A DNA stretch of 64,000 bases. Source: an uncultured Actinomycetota bacterium (GTDB taxonomy: Bacteria > Actinomycetota > Actinomycetes > Streptosporangiales > Streptosporangiaceae). The notes below the pieces were generated by a model. It saw only the letters and a program-made list of their open reading frames with translations, was not told the DNA's origin and searched no databases. Below are positions 61,839 to 64,000 of this stretch, in pieces (the stretch's first letter is position 1; each line of letters begins with the position of its first letter). Where the stretch lies: contig CAVUFO010000014.1 of assembly GCA_963740785.1 (NCBI GenBank), positions 156,605 to 220,604 on the forward strand. The letters run 5' to 3'. Made by a program: the position numbers and the translations under genes.

Positions 61839-62882
61839 ATGGGGATGAAACGGACAATTACTGTTGCTGATCGGGCGGCGAGGACCGTCTTACGTCAGCA
61901 AGGCGAACTCATCACCCGACGGCAGGCGCTTGCGGCTGGGTTGTCGGAGGACGCCGTGCGGCACAGACTGAGCACCAATGGGCCCTGGCGGGTCGTCCTC
62001 CCCGGCATCTACATGTCCCACAAAGGTGAGCTGACGATCGGCCAGCGCGAGATCGCCGCGGTGCTCTATGCCGGCCGCGGCTGCATGATCACTGGTACGG
62101 CCGCTCTGCGGCGTCAGGGCGTACGCGTGCCGCTGTCCGACATCGTCGAGGTGCTCATTCCGGCCACGACCAGGCGGACGAGCATCGGGTTCGTGCACGT
62201 TCACCGCACCAGCCGGATGCCGGAACGTCCCTGGCGGATGGACGGCATGCTCTGGGCTCCGCCGGCTCGAGCCGTCGCAGATGCCGCTCGCGGCTCATTC
62301 GGGATCCGCGAGGTACGAGCCTTTGCTGCCGATGCTGTTCAGCGACGCACATGCACAGTCGCGGAGATCGCCACAGAAGTGCGTGCGGGAGCGCCGCAGG
62401 GAGCCAGCGCGCTACGGGCGGCGTTAGAGGAGGTCACGGCCGGTATCAGGTCGGTCGCCGAGGGCGATCTGCGGAAGCTGATCATAAGCGGTCGGCTACC
62501 GGAACCGCTGTACAACCCGCGGTTGTTCGCCAGCGACATATTCCTTGCGCAGCCGGACGCGTGGTGGGGTGACGCGGGAGTCGCGGTCGAGGTCGATTCG
62601 AGGGAGTGGCACCTGTTGCCGCCGGACTTGGCGCGAACGCAAGCGAGACAGTCGCTGATGACCGCTCACGGGATCCTCGTGCAGCCGTTCGCGCCTAGCC
62701 GGATTAGGGCTGACGGGACCGGCGTCCTGGCGGAGATCCGGGCAGCCCTGGAGAGGGCAGGAACCGCCCGCCGCTGGCTATCCGCGCGGTGCCGGCCAGG
62801 TAGCCCAGCCCAGCGCCGTGAAACTGGCCGGGATCCGGCGGCAACCTTTCGCGATAGTGGCGCATCCTTGAAACGTGGCTGA
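61839..62882 (+). CDS. Hypothetical protein with a DUF559/Vsr-like endonuclease-type C-terminus (common actinomycete family)
   Basis: ...ITRRQALAAGLSEDAVRHRLSTNGPWRVVLPGIY... and C-terminal AVEVDSREWHLLPPDLARTQARQSLMTAHGILVQPFAPSRIRAD. It is visibly less GC-rich than its neighbours and has in-frame TTA codons at 61889 and 62417. Confidence 0.6.
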   Translation: MGMKRTITVADRAARTVLRQQGELITRRQALAAGLSEDAVRHRLSTNGPWRVVLPGIYMSHKGELTIGQREIAAVLYAGRGCMITGTAALRRQGVRVPLSDIVEVLIPATTRRTSIGFVHVHRTSRMPERPWRMDGMLWAPPARAVADAARGSFGIREVRAFAADAVQRRTCTVAEIATEVRAGAPQGASALRAALEEVTAGIRSVAEGDLRKLIISGRLPEPLYNPRLFASDIFLAQPDAWWGDAGVAVEVDSREWHLLPPDLARTQARQSLMTAHGILVQPFAPSRIRADGTGVLAEIRAALERAGTARRWLSARCRPGSPAQRRETGRDPAATFRDSGASLKRG

Positions 62883-63495
62883 CGACATCATCACGTTCGG
62901 AGGGCCAGAGCGCCGGTCGCGGCGCGAGGCCGACGAGTCGGTTGAGTCGTTGTTCCACGCGCACTACCCGCGGATCGTCTACACCGCGTTCTCCCTGGTC
63001 GGGGACTGGGATCTGGCCGAGCAACTGGCGCAGGAGGCGTACCTGCGGCTGTGGCGGCGCTGGCGGTGGATCTCCGATCCGCAGGCCGCGCCGATGTACC
63101 TGCAGCGCACGGTCGTCAACCTGTCCCGCGAGACCATCAGGCGCAAGGCCATCGAGCGGCGCGCGCTGCGGATCAAGGGCGCTGACCGGGCCGCTCCGCC
63201 GGATCCGGATCCCGCCGCGGTCGTCGAACTGCGCCGGGCCGTCGCCGCGCTGCCAGCGCGGAAACGGGAGTGCGTCGTGCTGCGGTTCCTGCTCGGGCTG
63301 TCCGAGGCGGAGACCGCGGGTTTGCTCGGGGTCTCCGTCGGCACGGTGAAGAGCCAGACGCACAAGGGGCTGCGGCTGCTCAGGGACCGGCTCGGTGAGT
63401 CGCGGGCCGAGGATCCACGGGCGTCGAGTGATCAGGGAGCGCCGAGCCGCCCAGGGCCCGCGCGGGTCTGGGGAGCCGGGAGGAGCGTGAGATGA
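62875..63495 (+). CDS. ECF-type RNA polymerase sigma-70 factor
   Basis: Region 2 (FHAHYPRIVYTAFSLVGDWDLAEQLAQEAYLRLW) and region 4 (LPARKRECVVLRFLLGLSEAETAGLLGVSVGTVKSQTHKGL). GTG start. Confidence 0.88.
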   Translation: MADDIITFGGPERRSRREADESVESLFHAHYPRIVYTAFSLVGDWDLAEQLAQEAYLRLWRRWRWISDPQAAPMYLQRTVVNLSRETIRRKAIERRALRIKGADRAAPPDPDPAAVVELRRAVAALPARKRECVVLRFLLGLSEAETAGLLGVSVGTVKSQTHKGLRLLRDRLGESRAEDPRASSDQGAPSRPGPARVWGAGRSVR

Positions 63496-64000
63496 CCGAC
63501 ACCGACCTCGAGCAGCGGCTGCGCGATCTGGGGCAGTGCGATCTGGGGCTGGGTGATCTCGGCCAGGGTGATCTCGGCCAGGGTGATCTCGGCCAGGGTG
63601 ATCTCGGCCAGGGTGATCACGGGCGGCCGGCGGACACCGCGAAGGCCTGGCGTGAGTTCCAGGCGCTGCGGTCGCGGTCGGTCAGGACGCGCCGGCGAGG
63701 TCTGGCCGTCGCGACAGCGGCGGCGCTCGCCGGGCTGGTCGTCGCCGTTCCCGTGCTGAACGGCGCGCTTCGCGGCAGCGACGGCCCTCAGCGCACGGCG
63801 AGCACCACGATCCCGGCGTCGCCGCGGACGTATCAGAACGCGGTGACCGCCAGGATCCCCATCAGCGGCGTCATGGCGGTGGTCGGGGACGCCGGGCACG
63901 CTTGGGTCGTCCGCGCCCTCGAACAGCCCGGCCTCGCCACCACGTACCAGCTCGCCGGCATCGACCTCGCCACGAGCTCGATCATGTTCAGGACCAGCCT
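63492..64000 (+). CDS. Putative anti-sigma / membrane-anchored partner of the ECF sigma (partial; runs off the right edge)
   Basis: Not in the ORF track because it has no stop in the window. The ATG at 63492 overlaps the sigma gene's stop (ATGA) and is preceded by GGGAGGAG. MTDTDLEQRLRDLGQCDLGLGDLGQGDLGQGDLGQGDLGQGDHG..., followed by the TM helix LAVATAAALAGLVVAVPVL. Confidence 0.65.
   Translation, partial: MTDTDLEQRLRDLGQCDLGLGDLGQGDLGQGDLGQGDLGQGDHGRPADTAKAWREFQALRSRSVRTRRRGLAVATAAALAGLVVAVPVLNGALRGSDGPQRTASTTIPASPRTYQNAVTARIPISGVMAVVGDAGHAWVVRALEQPGLATTYQLAGIDLATSSIMFRTS
63521..63620. repeat. 15-bp tandem repeat (GGGTGATCTCGGCCA x4 perfect, flanked by degenerate copies), in frame
   Basis: The perfect units are at 63551, 63566, 63581 and 63596. 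Together with the degenerate units they encode (D/H)LGQ(G/C) pentapeptides. Confidence 0.9.

Overview
This is a high-GC, actinomycete-type chromosomal segment with strong GC3 bias. It holds about 60 protein-coding genes or gene relics. I see no rRNA, tRNA, CRISPR array, transposase or integrase. From left to right it contains: (1) a partial murJ followed by a decayed, repeat-rich spacer; (2) assorted redox and hydrolase genes, a CDF metal exporter and a WYL regulator; (3) a xylo-oligosaccharide/xylose locus, with lacI-GH3-xylB-xylA on the minus strand and a divergent ABC importer plus CE7 acetyl-xylan esterase; (4) secreted proteins next to a SARP/NB-ARC/TPR regulator and an orphan nitric-oxide synthase; (5) transporters with XRE and Lrp regulators; (6) a PAS-GAF-PP2C phosphatase; (7) a MerR-trxA-DsbA-MDMPI-SCO1-VOC-DUF952 thiol/copper island; (8) a PASTA Ser/Thr kinase; (9) a large LuxR-type regulator; (10) a prepilin peptidase, a secreted S53 peptidase and ligC; (11) a urate-degradation cluster; (12) an ECF sigma/anti-sigma pair at the right edge. 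Five things stand out. (a) A small exported protein is built from three tandem RPWMYA decapeptide repeats. It sits head-to-head with the SARP regulator across an AT-rich, palindrome-rich spacer, and an orphan NOS lies just downstream of the SARP. This is my best candidate for an undescribed system. (b) A roughly 55-bp palindromic element occurs twice, each time just after a stop codon. (c) Several perfect 14-, 15-, 18- and 30-bp tandem repeats are present, and most are in frame inside genes. (d) An unusually large number of genes are frameshifted, truncated or nonsense-interrupted. Many of these lesions look like single-base losses in G/C runs, so assembly error must be excluded. (e) The XDH-like locus lacks its molybdopterin subunit. 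All functional calls rest on motifs I recognise by eye; no database search was run.
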